Below are positions 48,750 to 58,359 of a stretch of 64,000 nt of DNA, in pieces. Position 1 is the stretch's first letter. Each line of letters opens with the position of its first letter. The translations under genes were made by a program, and so were the position numbers. Source of the DNA: Labilithrix sp. (lineage in GTDB: Bacteria > Myxococcota_A > Polyangia > Polyangiales > Polyangiaceae); the NCBI GenBank assembly GCA_026128965.1, contig JAHCIY010000002.1, positions 1,512,108 through 1,576,107 of the forward strand, in the 5' to 3' direction. The notes under the pieces are model-generated. The model worked only from the letters and a program-made list of their open reading frames with translations. It did no database searches and was not told the origin of the DNA.

Positions 48750-50372
48750 TTGTTCGCCCATGACCTGCTCGAGCTGTCGCCGCTCATCGTGGCCACGCTC
48801 GTCCCCACGCTCCTCGTCCTGGCTGCGCCCTTCGCCGCGAAGCGCGCGCCCTTCCGCGCCGCCACGTTCGCCACCGCGTTGACGGCGGGCCTCTCCGCCG
48901 TCGCGGTCCTCCTCCGCGCGACGATCGCGCTGCTCGGCGTCGCGCCGTCCACCTCGAAGCTCGGCGCCGCGCTCCACGCGCTCGTGCAGCTCGACCTCGT
49001 CTCGAGCGCGATGCTCCTCCTCGTGAGCACGCTCGCGATCGTCGTCGTGCGCTACTCGCGGACCTACCTCGCCGGCGAGCGCGGCCTCGACCGCTACGTG
49101 CGCTCGCTGCTGATGACGCTCGCGTCGGTCACGATGCTCGTCGTCTCGAACCACCTCGTGTTCCTCATCGGCGGCTGGTTCGCGGCCGGCGTCTTCTTGC
49201 ACCAGCTCCTGATGTTCTATCGGACGCGGCGCCAGGCGGTCATCGTCGCGCACAAGACGTTCCTCCTCAGCCGGCTCGCGGACCTCTTCTTCGTCGGCTC
49301 GCTCGCGTTCCTCTCCGCCGAGGTCGGCTCGCTCCGCATCGACGTCGTCAACGCGTACGCGGCGGAGGCGTCCGCGTTCACCTCGCCGCTCCACGTCGCG
49401 ACCGTCCTCCTCGTCGTCGGCGTCCTCCTCAAGACGGCGCAGGTCCCGTTCCACGGCTGGGTCACGACCGTGATGGAGGCCCCCACGCCCGTCTCCGCGC
49501 TCCTCCACGCCGGCGTCGTGAACATCGGCGGCTTCGTGATGATCCGCCTGAGCCCGCTCATGGCCCACGCCTCCATCGCGCAGGGCATGCTCGTCGGCTT
49601 CGGCCTCGCCACCGCGATCATCGGCTCGCTCGTGATGACGACGCGCCTGAGCATCAAGGTCGTGCTCGCCTGGTCCACGATCGCGCAGATGGGCTTCATG
49701 CTGATGCAGTGCGGCCTCGGCGTGTGGCACCTCGCGCTCCTCCACCTCCTCGCGCACTCCTTCTACAAGGCGCACGCCTTCCTCACCGCCGGGTCGGTCG
49801 TGTCGACCTGGCGCGGCGCGTCGCTCGTGCAGCCGAAGAAGCCGTCGCTCGGCGTCGTCGCCGCGGCCGTCCTCGTCCTCTCCGTCGCCGCCGCTCCGTT
49901 CTATGCCCTCTTCAAGCTGGCCGGCGGGCACGCGTCGCCGTCGCTCACCTCGCTCGCGCTGGTGCTCGGGCTGAGCTTCGTCCCGATGGTCGGCCGCGCC
50001 CTCGCGGCGGGGTGGCGCGCCTTCGGTCTCACCGCGCTCTTCACCGCCGGCGCGGCGGCCGCGTATTTCGCGGGTCACGTGCTCTTCGAGGAGATCGTGC
50101 CTCCCCTCGAGGCGGGGGCGGCCTCGCCGTTCCAGTGGACCGTCGTCGTCGCCGGCCTCGGGGTCCTCTTCGTCGTGCAGGTCGTCGTTCAAACGAGCCC
50201 GAGCGGCGGGCTCGCGCGCTTCCTCCATCCCCACCTCCTCAGCGGCCTCTACATCGACGATTGGTTCACGCGCGTGACGTTCCGCCTCTGGCCGCCGCGC
50301 GTCGAGCGCACCACCGCCCCGAGCCCCTCCTCGATCCGCCCGCGCGCGCCGCTGGAGTCGCGGCAGTGGTGA
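48750..50372 (+). CDS. dabB: DabB, NuoL/MnhA-like proton-pumping subunit of the DAB inorganic-carbon transporter
   Basis: Multi-TM NuoL-family motifs (WVTTVMEAPTPVSALLHAGVVNIGGF). Immediately followed by the DUF2309 gene. Confidence 0.8.
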   Translation: MFAHDLLELSPLIVATLVPTLLVLAAPFAAKRAPFRAATFATALTAGLSAVAVLLRATIALLGVAPSTSKLGAALHALVQLDLVSSAMLLLVSTLAIVVVRYSRTYLAGERGLDRYVRSLLMTLASVTMLVVSNHLVFLIGGWFAAGVFLHQLLMFYRTRRQAVIVAHKTFLLSRLADLFFVGSLAFLSAEVGSLRIDVVNAYAAEASAFTSPLHVATVLLVVGVLLKTAQVPFHGWVTTVMEAPTPVSALLHAGVVNIGGFVMIRLSPLMAHASIAQGMLVGFGLATAIIGSLVMTTRLSIKVVLAWSTIAQMGFMLMQCGLGVWHLALLHLLAHSFYKAHAFLTAGSVVSTWRGASLVQPKKPSLGVVAAAVLVLSVAAAPFYALFKLAGGHASPSLTSLALVLGLSFVPMVGRALAAGWRAFGLTALFTAGAAAAYFAGHVLFEEIVPPLEAGAASPFQWTVVVAGLGVLFVVQVVVQTSPSGGLARFLHPHLLSGLYIDDWFTRVTFRLWPPRVERTTAPSPSSIRPRAPLESRQW

Positions 50373-52771
50373 CGGAGCCGAAGGAGATCGCGGAGCGCGC
50401 GTGCGCCCGCATCGCGCCGGTGTGGCCGCTCGATCGCTTCATCGCGGTAAACCCGTTCTGGGGCCACATCGACAAGCCGTTCCCCCGCGTCGCCGGCGAG
50501 CTCGCCGCGCTCTCGGGCGCGCGCCTCATCATGCCGCGGGCGTGGTTCGCGGAGGAGTGGCGCGAAGGCCGCCTCCGCCAGCAGCACCTCAGCGCCGCGA
50601 TCGGCGAGCTCGGCTCCCACCTCACCGAGGAGCAGCTGACGGCGCTCTTCTGGATCGAGGACAAGCCGCCGCCGCGGCGCCCGCTCGTCGTCGACGTCAT
50701 GGACACGCGCTGCCACCGCGCGCTCGAGCTCTCGTGGCGGGACTTCATCGTCGCGCGTCTTGGCCTCTTCTGCGCTTCCTACTTCGATGACGGCCAGGCC
50801 CAGATTCACCCCGATCGCAAGGGCGGCCTCTACAAGACGTGGCGCGCGCAGGCCCGGCGCGATCGGGGCATTTCCCTCTTCATGGGGCTCGACGAATACC
50901 GCACCGCGGTCGCGGCGCTCCCGAAGACGGCGGACGAGATGCTCGCTACGGCGTGGGCGGAGCTCGAGGTCCCCGCCGAGCAGCGCGAGGCTTACCTCAC
51001 CGCCCTCCTCCTCGACATCAACGGCTGGTCGTCGTGGTGCGCCTATCTCCGCTGGACCGCGCGCCTCGCCGATCGAGACGATCATCACATCGTCGAGCTG
51101 CTCGCGATCCGCGTCGCCTGGGAGTGGATCCTCCTCCGCGCCGGCGGGCAGGAGCTCCGGGCCGACTGGCGTCACGCCCTCGCGAGCTGGCCGGTCATCG
51201 ACAACGCGGCGCAGATGTCGCGCACCGAAGACTGGCTCCTCCAGCGCGCGGCGGAGATCGCGTGGACGTCGCGGATAACGGAGAACCTGCCGCGGGGGTT
51301 CGCCGCGGCGCGGTCCGCGAATCCCGATTTGCAGGCGGTCTTCTGCCTCGACGTGCGGTCGGAGCCTTACCGTCGCGCGCTCGAGGCAGAGAGCAAGGAC
51401 ATCGAGACGCTCGCGTGTGCCGGCTTCTTCGGATTGCCGGTGGAGTATTCGCCGCTCGCGGCCGACGGCGCGCGGCCGCAATTGCCGGGTCTCCTCGCGC
51501 CGAAATACCGTGTTACGGACGTCGGCGCGCCGGCGGGGCTCGAAGAAAAGCGGAAATCGCGCCTCTACGCGGCGCAGGCGTGGAAGGCATTCCGCTCCAA
51601 TTCGCTGTCGAGCTTTGCGTTCGTGGACGCGATTGGCCTCTTGTTCGGCGCCGACATCCTCCGTGAGTCGTTCGGAAGAGGCGCGCGGCCGTCGGCTTAT
51701 CATGAGAGCGTGGGCCTCGACCCGAAGGAGCACGTCGCGCGCGCGCCGCGGATCACGAGCCGGGTGGACGGCGCGCCGATCTCGCTCCCGGAGCGGTGCG
51801 AGCTCGCGGAGGGGATGCTGCGCGCGATGAGCCTGACGCGCGGGTTCGCGCGGACGGTGCTCCTCGTGGGGCACGGGGCGGGGACGCGGAACAACCCGCA
51901 CGCCGCGGGGCTCGACTGCGGCGCGTGCTGCGGGCAGACAGGCGAGGTGAACGCGCGCGCGGCGGCGGCGCTGCTGAACGACGCGGAGGTCCGGGCGGGG
52001 CTGGCAGGGCGGGGGATCGAGATCCCGGCGACGACGCGGTTCGTGGCGGGCCTCCACAACACGACGACGGACGACGTGGTGTTGTTCGAGGAGGCGGCCT
52101 CGATGGGGGAGCTGCGCGGCGTGCTCGAGCGGGCGAGCGTCGCGGCGCGGCGGGAGCGCGCGCCGAAGCTGGGGCTCGGGGGGCGCTCGGACGCCGAGGT
52201 GCACGCGGCGGTGCTGGAGCGCGCGAAGAACTGGGCGGAGGTGCGGCCGGAGTGGGGCCTCGCCGGGAACGCGACGCTGATCGTGGCGCCGCGCGAGCGG
52301 ACGCGGCACCTCGACCTGAGCGGGCGCGCGTTCTTGCACGACTACCGCTTCGACGAGGACCAGGACGGCGCGATCCTCGAGCTGATCATGACGGCGCCGC
52401 TGGTCGTCTCGCACTGGATCAACTTCCAGTACTACGCGTCGATGGTGGACAACCGCCGCTACGGCAGCGGGAACAAGGTCCTCCACAACGTCGTGGGCGG
52501 GCACCTCGGGGTGTACGAGGGGAACGGCGGCGACCTCCGCATCGGCCTCTCGATCCAGTCGCTCCACGACGGGGAGCGCTGGATGCACGCGCCGCTGCGG
52601 CTCAGCGTCTTCATCGAGGCCCCGCGCCCCGCGATCGACCGGGTGCTGGAGAAGCACGCCACGGTCCGGAACCTCGTCGACAACGAGTGGGTCCACCTGT
52701 TCCAGATCGACACGACCGAGCGCGGCGTCCACGCGCGCCGAAACGGGGAGTGGGTCGCGATCGTCGCGTAG
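50366..52771 (+). CDS. dabA: DabA (DUF2309), carbonic-anhydrase-like subunit of the DAB inorganic-carbon transporter
   Basis: RFIAVNPFWGH...HGAGTRNNPHAAGLDCGACCGQ...YGSGNKVLHNVVGGHLGVYEGNGGDLRIGL is diagnostic of DUF2309. GTG start overlaps the dabB stop. Confidence 0.85.
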   Translation: MVTEPKEIAERACARIAPVWPLDRFIAVNPFWGHIDKPFPRVAGELAALSGARLIMPRAWFAEEWREGRLRQQHLSAAIGELGSHLTEEQLTALFWIEDKPPPRRPLVVDVMDTRCHRALELSWRDFIVARLGLFCASYFDDGQAQIHPDRKGGLYKTWRAQARRDRGISLFMGLDEYRTAVAALPKTADEMLATAWAELEVPAEQREAYLTALLLDINGWSSWCAYLRWTARLADRDDHHIVELLAIRVAWEWILLRAGGQELRADWRHALASWPVIDNAAQMSRTEDWLLQRAAEIAWTSRITENLPRGFAAARSANPDLQAVFCLDVRSEPYRRALEAESKDIETLACAGFFGLPVEYSPLAADGARPQLPGLLAPKYRVTDVGAPAGLEEKRKSRLYAAQAWKAFRSNSLSSFAFVDAIGLLFGADILRESFGRGARPSAYHESVGLDPKEHVARAPRITSRVDGAPISLPERCELAEGMLRAMSLTRGFARTVLLVGHGAGTRNNPHAAGLDCGACCGQTGEVNARAAAALLNDAEVRAGLAGRGIEIPATTRFVAGLHNTTTDDVVLFEEAASMGELRGVLERASVAARRERAPKLGLGGRSDAEVHAAVLERAKNWAEVRPEWGLAGNATLIVAPRERTRHLDLSGRAFLHDYRFDEDQDGAILELIMTAPLVVSHWINFQYYASMVDNRRYGSGNKVLHNVVGGHLGVYEGNGGDLRIGLSIQSLHDGERWMHAPLRLSVFIEAPRPAIDRVLEKHATVRNLVDNEWVHLFQIDTTERGVHARRNGEWVAIVA

Positions 52772-52782
52772 CCGCGGCGGCG

Positions 52783-54264
52783 TCAGTGGCTGTCCGGGTC
52801 GACGCACGTCGCGGCGTCGCCGCGGGCGGCGCTGTCGTCGGTGAGGCCGATGTCGGCCGGGCCGGTGTGGCGGTGGTAGATGCCGAGCACCTCCTCCGCG
52901 ACGTCCTGATAGACGGCGCGCTTCGCCTCCGAGTCGAGCCAGATCGTGAGCTCGCGGAGCCGCGTGCCGCCGAGCATCACGTGGCGGCGGAGCGTGTTCA
53001 TCATCGCGCTCGCGCACATCTCGATGCTCACGCGGCCGACGCCGGTCCCGAGCGCCGGCGCCGCGAGCGTGGCGCAGCCCTGCTCGTCCGCGAGCAGGAG
53101 CGCGCGCGCGAACGCGCGGCCGACGCAAGAGACCTCGCTCCACGCGCTCACGGCGTGGAACACGTGACGCGCCTCGAGCGCGCCCGCGCCGGTGCGCACG
53201 CAGGAGCCGAGCGCCTGCTCGCCGTTCCGCATCGCCTCCTCTTCGATCTCGGCGCCGCCCCGCGCCTTGAGCGCGCCCGCGACGCCGAGCTCCATCCGCA
53301 TCTTGAAGTTCGCGCTCGACACGATCGCGGCCACCGACGCGTCGGCGATGTCGCCGACGACGAAGCGGAGCTGCACGCGGCCGACGCCGAGCTCGTGCGC
53401 GAGCGTGCGCGTCGCGACGGGGGGCGGCGGCTCGATCGCGTTCGAGAGCATCGTGAAGTGCGCGAGCGGCGCGAGGATGTCCCGCGGGCGCACGGCGAGG
53501 TCCTTCGCGACCATACGCCGGATCACGTCCTGGAAGTACGCCTCCGCGGGCGACGCCGGCTGCGGGAGCCGCGGCGGCGTGTCGGGATCGAGGAGCTCCT
53601 CGACGTTCGCGAACGGCCCGCGGCCGTAGCGGAGATCGCACGCCGTCGCGCCCGCGCCCCACACGTCGGTGAAGCGGCCGATCTCGCCGCGCCGCAGCTG
53701 CTCCGGCGCCATGAAGGCGGGCGTGCCCGCGCCGACCGCGCCCTCGGGGACGCTCGTGTCGCTCCGCGCGACGGCGATGCCGAAGTCGCCGAGGCGGATG
53801 CCGATCTCGGGATCGCCGAACACGTTCGACGGCTTGAGATCGCGATGGATGACGCCCGCCTGGTGCGCGGCGCGAAGACCCATGCATACTTCACACATCA
53901 CGCGGCAGACCGTCCAGAGCGGCAGGCCGACGCCGAGCGCGACGCGGCGGCGGCGGTCGAGCTCGGCGAAGTCGAGGCCGTCGACGTACTCCTGGACGAG
54001 GTACGGCGTGGGCTGCCCTTCGTCGATGACGTGCCCGGCGTCGAGCGCGCGCACGATGCGGGGGCTCGAGACGCGCGCCATCAGCCGCGCCTCGGAGAGG
54101 ATGCGGTCCGCCGCGTCGGGCGTCGTCGCGCGCAGCTCGCGGCGGAGCGTCTTCACGACGACCGGCGCCGCGAGCGCGACGTGCTTCGCGAGCCACACCT
54201 CGCTCATCCCCCCTTCGCCGAGGTGCCCCCAGACCTCGTACCCGGGAACGACGAGGTTCTTCAT
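52783..54264 (-). CDS. serine/threonine protein kinase fused to a C-terminal macro (ADP-ribose-binding) domain
   Basis: Kinase motifs GEGGMSEVWLAKH, VVKTL, HRDLKPSNVF, DFGIA. Macro motifs in the C-terminus: FVVGDIADASVAAIVSSANFKMRMELGVAGALKARGG...LAAPALGTGVGRVS. Confidence 0.8.
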   Translation of the reverse strand: MKNLVVPGYEVWGHLGEGGMSEVWLAKHVALAAPVVVKTLRRELRATTPDAADRILSEARLMARVSSPRIVRALDAGHVIDEGQPTPYLVQEYVDGLDFAELDRRRRVALGVGLPLWTVCRVMCEVCMGLRAAHQAGVIHRDLKPSNVFGDPEIGIRLGDFGIAVARSDTSVPEGAVGAGTPAFMAPEQLRRGEIGRFTDVWGAGATACDLRYGRGPFANVEELLDPDTPPRLPQPASPAEAYFQDVIRRMVAKDLAVRPRDILAPLAHFTMLSNAIEPPPPVATRTLAHELGVGRVQLRFVVGDIADASVAAIVSSANFKMRMELGVAGALKARGGAEIEEEAMRNGEQALGSCVRTGAGALEARHVFHAVSAWSEVSCVGRAFARALLLADEQGCATLAAPALGTGVGRVSIEMCASAMMNTLRRHVMLGGTRLRELTIWLDSEAKRAVYQDVAEEVLGIYHRHTGPADIGLTDDSAARGDAATCVDPDSH

Positions 54265-54270
54265 GCAGGT

Positions 54271-54431
54271 TCGAGAGGGCTCTGCCCTCTCGAGCTCTCC
54301 CGCCGGGGGTCGCTGCGCGCGCGGGGCGCGCTCCGCCGCCCCCGGACCCCCGCGAGAGGGCGCTGCCCGCGCTGTCCTCTCGAGCCGCGTGCGGGGCGCG
54401 CTCCGCCGCCCCCGCCGCCCCCGCCGCCCCC
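54271..54431. repeat. two imperfect about 75-80 bp tandem direct repeats, each containing a GAGAGGGC...GCCCTCTC hairpin, ending in a (GCCGCCCCC)x3 microsatellite
   Basis: Unit 1 is 54271-54343 and unit 2 is 54352-54431. Shared blocks are gagagggc.ctgccc, tctcgagc and gcggggcgcgctccgccgcccccg. Located between the gcvH 3' end and the kinase start. Confidence 0.6.
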
Positions 54432-54457
54432 GGGAGGGGCTTTGCGGTTCTGTCGGG

Positions 54458-54841
54458 TCAATGGGCGGAGTCTTTTACGTGGGTTTGGTAGGCGGACTGG
54501 TCCATCAGGCCGTCGATGGGGGTGTCGGTCTCGATCACGATCATCCACGCGGCGTAGGGGTCGGCGTTCACCGACTCCGGGGACGCGTCGAGGGCGCCGT
54601 TGACCTCGACGACCTTGCCGCTGATCGGCGCGTAGAGATCGGAGAGGGTCTTCACGCTCTCGATCGTGCCGAAGGTCTTCCCCGCGACGAGCTGGTCGCC
54701 GACCTTCGCGTCGATCGTCACGAGGGTGATGTCACCGAGCTGCTCGACCGCGAAGGCGGTGATCCCCACCTTGACGCGTTTTCCGTCGACCTTCGCCCAC
54801 TCGTGATCTTTGGTGTATTTGAGATCTGCGGGGAAATCCAT
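54458..54841 (-). CDS. gcvH: glycine cleavage system H protein
   Basis: Lipoyl-lysine motif FGTIESVKTLSDLYAPISG. 127 aa. Confidence 0.9.
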   Translation of the reverse strand: MDFPADLKYTKDHEWAKVDGKRVKVGITAFAVEQLGDITLVTIDAKVGDQLVAGKTFGTIESVKTLSDLYAPISGKVVEVNGALDASPESVNADPYAAWMIVIETDTPIDGLMDQSAYQTHVKDSAH

Positions 54842-54857
54842 CTCGCTTGTCTTCTCC

Positions 54858-55952
54858 TTATTGGGCGCGCTTGTAGAACGGAGTCTTCACGACGACGGCC
54901 TCGACGTCCTTGCCGCGGCAGTCGACGAGGAGCTTGGTGCCGATCGCGGTGAGCTCGGCCGGCAGGTACCCGAGCCCGATGTTCTTGCCGACGGTGGGGG
55001 CGGGGCTCCCGCTCGTGCACGCGCCGACGACCTTGCCGCTCGTGTCCTTCAGCGGGTAGCCGCCGCGTGCGATGCCGCGGCCGGTGACCTCGAAGCCGAC
55101 GAGCTTCCGCGGGAGCGGCGCGGCCTTGATCGCGGCGAGCGCCTCCTTGCCGACGAACATCGCCTTGTCGAGCTTCGTCACCCAGCCGAGGCCGGCCTCG
55201 ATCGGGTTCGTCGTCTCGTCGATGTCGTTGCCGTAGAGCGAGAGGCGCGCCTCGAGCCGCAGCGTGTCGCGCGCGCCGAGCCCGATCGGCTTCGCGCCCT
55301 TGCCGACGAGCGCGTCCCAGACCTTCGGCGCGTCGTCCCACGGGCAGAAGATCTCGACGCCGTCCTCGCCGGTGTAGCCCGTGCGCGCGGCGGTGCAGTG
55401 GACGCCCGCGATCTCGGCGTCGCGGAAGTGGAAGCTCTTGAGCTCGCGAAGCTTCGCCGCGTCTCCGCCGAGCGCGTCGAGCAGATCGAAGGCCTTCGGT
55501 CCCTGCAGCGCGAGGAGCGCGGTCGCGTCGGTCTGGTCCTTGAACTCGCAGTGGTCCACGGCCGCCTTCGCGAAGTGCGCCGCCATCTTCTCGTGGTTCG
55601 ACGCGTTGCAGACGATGAGCCACTGGTCCTTCGCCGCGCGGTAGACGATGAGGTCGTCGAGGATCGTGCCCTTCTCGTTGCAGGCGCAGGTGTACATCGC
55701 CTGCCCGTCGACGAGCTTCGACGCGTCGTTCGTGACGAGGTAGTCGACGACCGCGGCGGCGTGCTCGCCCGACATCGAGAGCTCGCCCATGTGCGACACG
55801 TCGAAGATGCCGGCGCCGGTGCGCACCGCCTGATGCTCGTCGACGATGCCGGTGTACTGGATCGGCATCTCGAAGCCGGCGAACGGCACCATCCGGGCCT
55901 TGGCCGCGACGTGGCGATCGTAGAGCGAGGTCCGGCGTGTAGCTTCCGTCAT
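54858..55952 (-). CDS. gcvT: glycine cleavage system aminomethyltransferase T
   Basis: LYDRHVAAKARMVPFAGFEMPIQYTGIVDEHQAVRTGAGIFDVSHMG is the canonical GcvT N-terminus. Start placed at MTEATRR (55952). Confidence 0.9.
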   Translation of the reverse strand: MTEATRRTSLYDRHVAAKARMVPFAGFEMPIQYTGIVDEHQAVRTGAGIFDVSHMGELSMSGEHAAAVVDYLVTNDASKLVDGQAMYTCACNEKGTILDDLIVYRAAKDQWLIVCNASNHEKMAAHFAKAAVDHCEFKDQTDATALLALQGPKAFDLLDALGGDAAKLRELKSFHFRDAEIAGVHCTAARTGYTGEDGVEIFCPWDDAPKVWDALVGKGAKPIGLGARDTLRLEARLSLYGNDIDETTNPIEAGLGWVTKLDKAMFVGKEALAAIKAAPLPRKLVGFEVTGRGIARGGYPLKDTSGKVVGACTSGSPAPTVGKNIGLGYLPAELTAIGTKLLVDCRGKDVEAVVVKTPFYKRAQ

Positions 55953-56055
55953 GCGGAGCCAAGGTACTCGGGATGCGCCGACATCGGAAGAGCGCGCCAA
56001 GCGGCGCTTCTTGCCGCTCTCGACAGAGGGAGCCGATCGCTTATCCTCCGCGTCG

Positions 56056-56967
56056 ATGGGCACGCCCTGGGATCGCGCGGCGACGAAGTACCTCGACGAG
56101 TGGGTCCCGCGCTTCGTGCCTTACCACCTCGATCTCGTGCAGGAGCTCACGCTCATGCAGGGGCAGCGCGTCCTCGTCGTCAGCGCGGGCCTCGGCGCGG
56201 AGGTGCTCGCCCTCGCGCGCGCGGTCGGTGACAAGGGCGTCGTCCGCGCGACCGATCCGAGCGAGGATCTCGTCGGCATGTGCCAGGAGCAGGTGTCGAA
56301 GGCCGGCTTCGCGGGCGTCACCTGCGAGCGCGCCGAGCCGGACGACGTCGGCGCCGGCGGCTGGCACGCGATCGTCTGCGCGTTCGGCCTCTGGAGCGTC
56401 AAGGACCGCGTCTCGCTCATGAAGGCGTGGGCCTCGGCGCTGGTCCCGACCGGCAAGGTGGGCGTCCTCATCTTCGGGCCGCCCGATCAGGAGGACCCGT
56501 TCGAGCTGCTCGCGCAGTCGCTGCGGGAGCTCGAGCCCGACGCCGTCGCGACCCCGGCGCGCATCGACTCCGATCGCGAGTCGATGGCGCGGATGTTCGA
56601 GGACGGCGGCCTCTCCCTCGTGCGCCACACCGTGCTCCGCCACACGCTGACGTTCCCGAGCGCGGAGGCGTTCATCGCCGCGATCCGCGAGGGCCGCACG
56701 TGGCGGCGCGTCTGGCAGGAGCTCGGAGACGAGCGGATGGGCCTCGTCACCGCGCGCTTCTACGATCGCGTCGGCGGCCCGACCGAGCCGATGACGTTCG
56801 AGCCCGCCGTCACCTGCGCCATCGCCGCGCTGCCCGGCGCCGAGGTCGAGCTCGCGACGCGCTCGCGCGTGACGGTGCCGCCGCTCAGCTCCGCCTCGGC
56901 GGTCCCGAACCCGGAGCCGTCGAAGCCGCAGGTCGACCCTTACAAGGACGATCCGTTCCGAGACTGA
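56056..56967 (+). CDS. class I SAM-dependent methyltransferase
   Basis: VLVVSAGLGAEVLALAR (motif I). Divergent from gcvT with a roughly 100 bp intergenic region. Confidence 0.7.
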   Translation: MGTPWDRAATKYLDEWVPRFVPYHLDLVQELTLMQGQRVLVVSAGLGAEVLALARAVGDKGVVRATDPSEDLVGMCQEQVSKAGFAGVTCERAEPDDVGAGGWHAIVCAFGLWSVKDRVSLMKAWASALVPTGKVGVLIFGPPDQEDPFELLAQSLRELEPDAVATPARIDSDRESMARMFEDGGLSLVRHTVLRHTLTFPSAEAFIAAIREGRTWRRVWQELGDERMGLVTARFYDRVGGPTEPMTFEPAVTCAIAALPGAEVELATRSRVTVPPLSSASAVPNPEPSKPQVDPYKDDPFRD

Positions 56968-56981
56968 GGGTCCGAGCCCAT

Positions 56982-57013
56982 CCGTTATAACGGAGACGTC
57001 CGCAATAACGGAC
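56982..57013 (+). promoter_or_regulatory. AT-rich palindromic pair CCGTTATAACGG / GTCCG-caataa-CGGAC upstream of metK (candidate operator)
   Basis: A perfect 12-bp palindrome is followed 4 bp later by a 5-bp inverted repeat. The half-site TAACGGA recurs. Located 75-105 bp upstream of the metK ATG. It is the most AT-rich spot in its neighbourhood. Confidence 0.4.
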
Positions 57014-57087
57014 GGTTTAGGCTTTCTCTCGGCGCGGGGCCGCGGTATTGGGGTGCCCGAACCCTCAACCCACCGGAGCACGAGCGC

Positions 57088-58359
57088 ATGGCACGTTATC
57101 AATTCACGTCGGAATCGGTCACCGAGGGGCACCCGGACAAGCTGTGTGACCACGTCTCCGACGCGATCCTCGACGCCATCCTCGCGCAGGACAAGCGCGC
57201 GCGCGTCGCGTGCGAGACGCTCGCGAAGACCGGCATGGTCGTCGTCGCCGGCGAGATCACGACGTCGGCCTGGGTCGACATGGCCAAGATCGTCCGCAAG
57301 ACGGTCGCGGACATCGGCTACACGAGCTCGGAGATGGGCTTCGACGCGGCCTCGTGCGCGGTCCTCACCGCGATCGAGCAGCAGAGCCCGGACATCGCGC
57401 AGGGCGTGACCGAGGGCGAGGGCCTCCACAAGGAGCAGGGCGCGGGCGATCAGGGCCTCATGTTCGGCTTCGCGTGCGACGAGACGCCGAACCTCATGCC
57501 GGCGCCGATCGACTACGCGCACCAGCTCGCGCGCCAGCTCGCCGCGGTCCGCAAGGCGAAGAAGGTCGACTTCCTCCGCCCCGACGGCAAGACGCAGGTC
57601 ACGCTCGAGTACGAGAACAACGTCCCCGTCCGCATCGACGCGGTCGTCGTCTCCACGCAGCACGACGAGGACGTGAAGTACAAGACGCTCCGCGAGGCCA
57701 TCGTCGACCTCGTGATCGAGAAGGTGCTCCCGAAGAAGCTCCTCGACAAGAACACGAAGTTCCACGTCAACCCGACCGGGCGCTTCGTCGTCGGCGGGCC
57801 GATGGGCGACTGCGGTCTCACCGGCCGCAAGATCATCGTCGACACCTACGGCGGCATGGGCCGTCACGGCGGCGGCGCCTTCTCGGGCAAGGACCCGTCG
57901 AAGGTCGATCGCTCGGCTTGCTACTACGCGCGCTTCATCGCGAAGAACGTCGTCGCGGCGGGCCTCGCGAAGCGCTGCGAGGTTCAGATCGCGTACGCGA
58001 TCGGCGTCGCGAAGCCGGTCGGCGTGCACATCAACACGTTCGGCACCGGCAAGGTCGACGACGAGAAGCTCGAGAAGTACATCCTCGAGAAGTTCGACAT
58101 GCGTCCGAAGGCGCTCATCGACGAGCTCGGCCTCCTCGCGCCGCAGTACCTCCCGACCGCCGGCTACGGCCACTTCGGCCGCAGCGAGTTCGCGTGGGAG
58201 AAGACGAGCCGCGCCGCGCAGCTCACCGCCGACCTCCTCGGCGGCAAGGGCAAGGGCGCCGCGCACACGAACGGCACCAACGGCACCGCGAAGAAGGCCG
58301 ACAAGAAGGACAAGAAGAAGTCCGGCAAGAAGGAGCGCTCCGCCTCGGCGAGCGCCTGA
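57088..58359 (+). CDS. metK: S-adenosylmethionine synthetase
   Basis: [25 protein letters not shown] is the canonical MetK N-terminus. GAGG(GGGAF)[11 protein letters not shown] motif. Lys-rich tail. Confidence 0.95.
   Translation: MARYQFTSESVTEGHPDKLCDHVSDAILDAILAQDKRARVACETLAKTGMVVVAGEITTSAWVDMAKIVRKTVADIGYTSSEMGFDAASCAVLTAIEQQSPDIAQGVTEGEGLHKEQGAGDQGLMFGFACDETPNLMPAPIDYAHQLARQLAAVRKAKKVDFLRPDGKTQVTLEYENNVPVRIDAVVVSTQHDEDVKYKTLREAIVDLVIEKVLPKKLLDKNTKFHVNPTGRFVVGGPMGDCGLTGRKIIVDTYGGMGRHGGGAFSGKDPSKVDRSACYYARFIAKNVVAAGLAKRCEVQIAYAIGVAKPVGVHINTFGTGKVDDEKLEKYILEKFDMRPKALIDELGLLAPQYLPTAGYGHFGRSEFAWEKTSRAAQLTADLLGGKGKGAAHTNGTNGTAKKADKKDKKKSGKKERSASASA

Noticed and set aside
55953-56055. Possible glycine riboswitch upstream of gcvT
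   Set aside because: The leader is only about 100 nt. It contains a CTCTG..GAGAG-like segment but lacks the conserved ACCGAAGG..GCAA aptamer core. It is too short for a tandem glycine riboswitch. Infernal would settle it.
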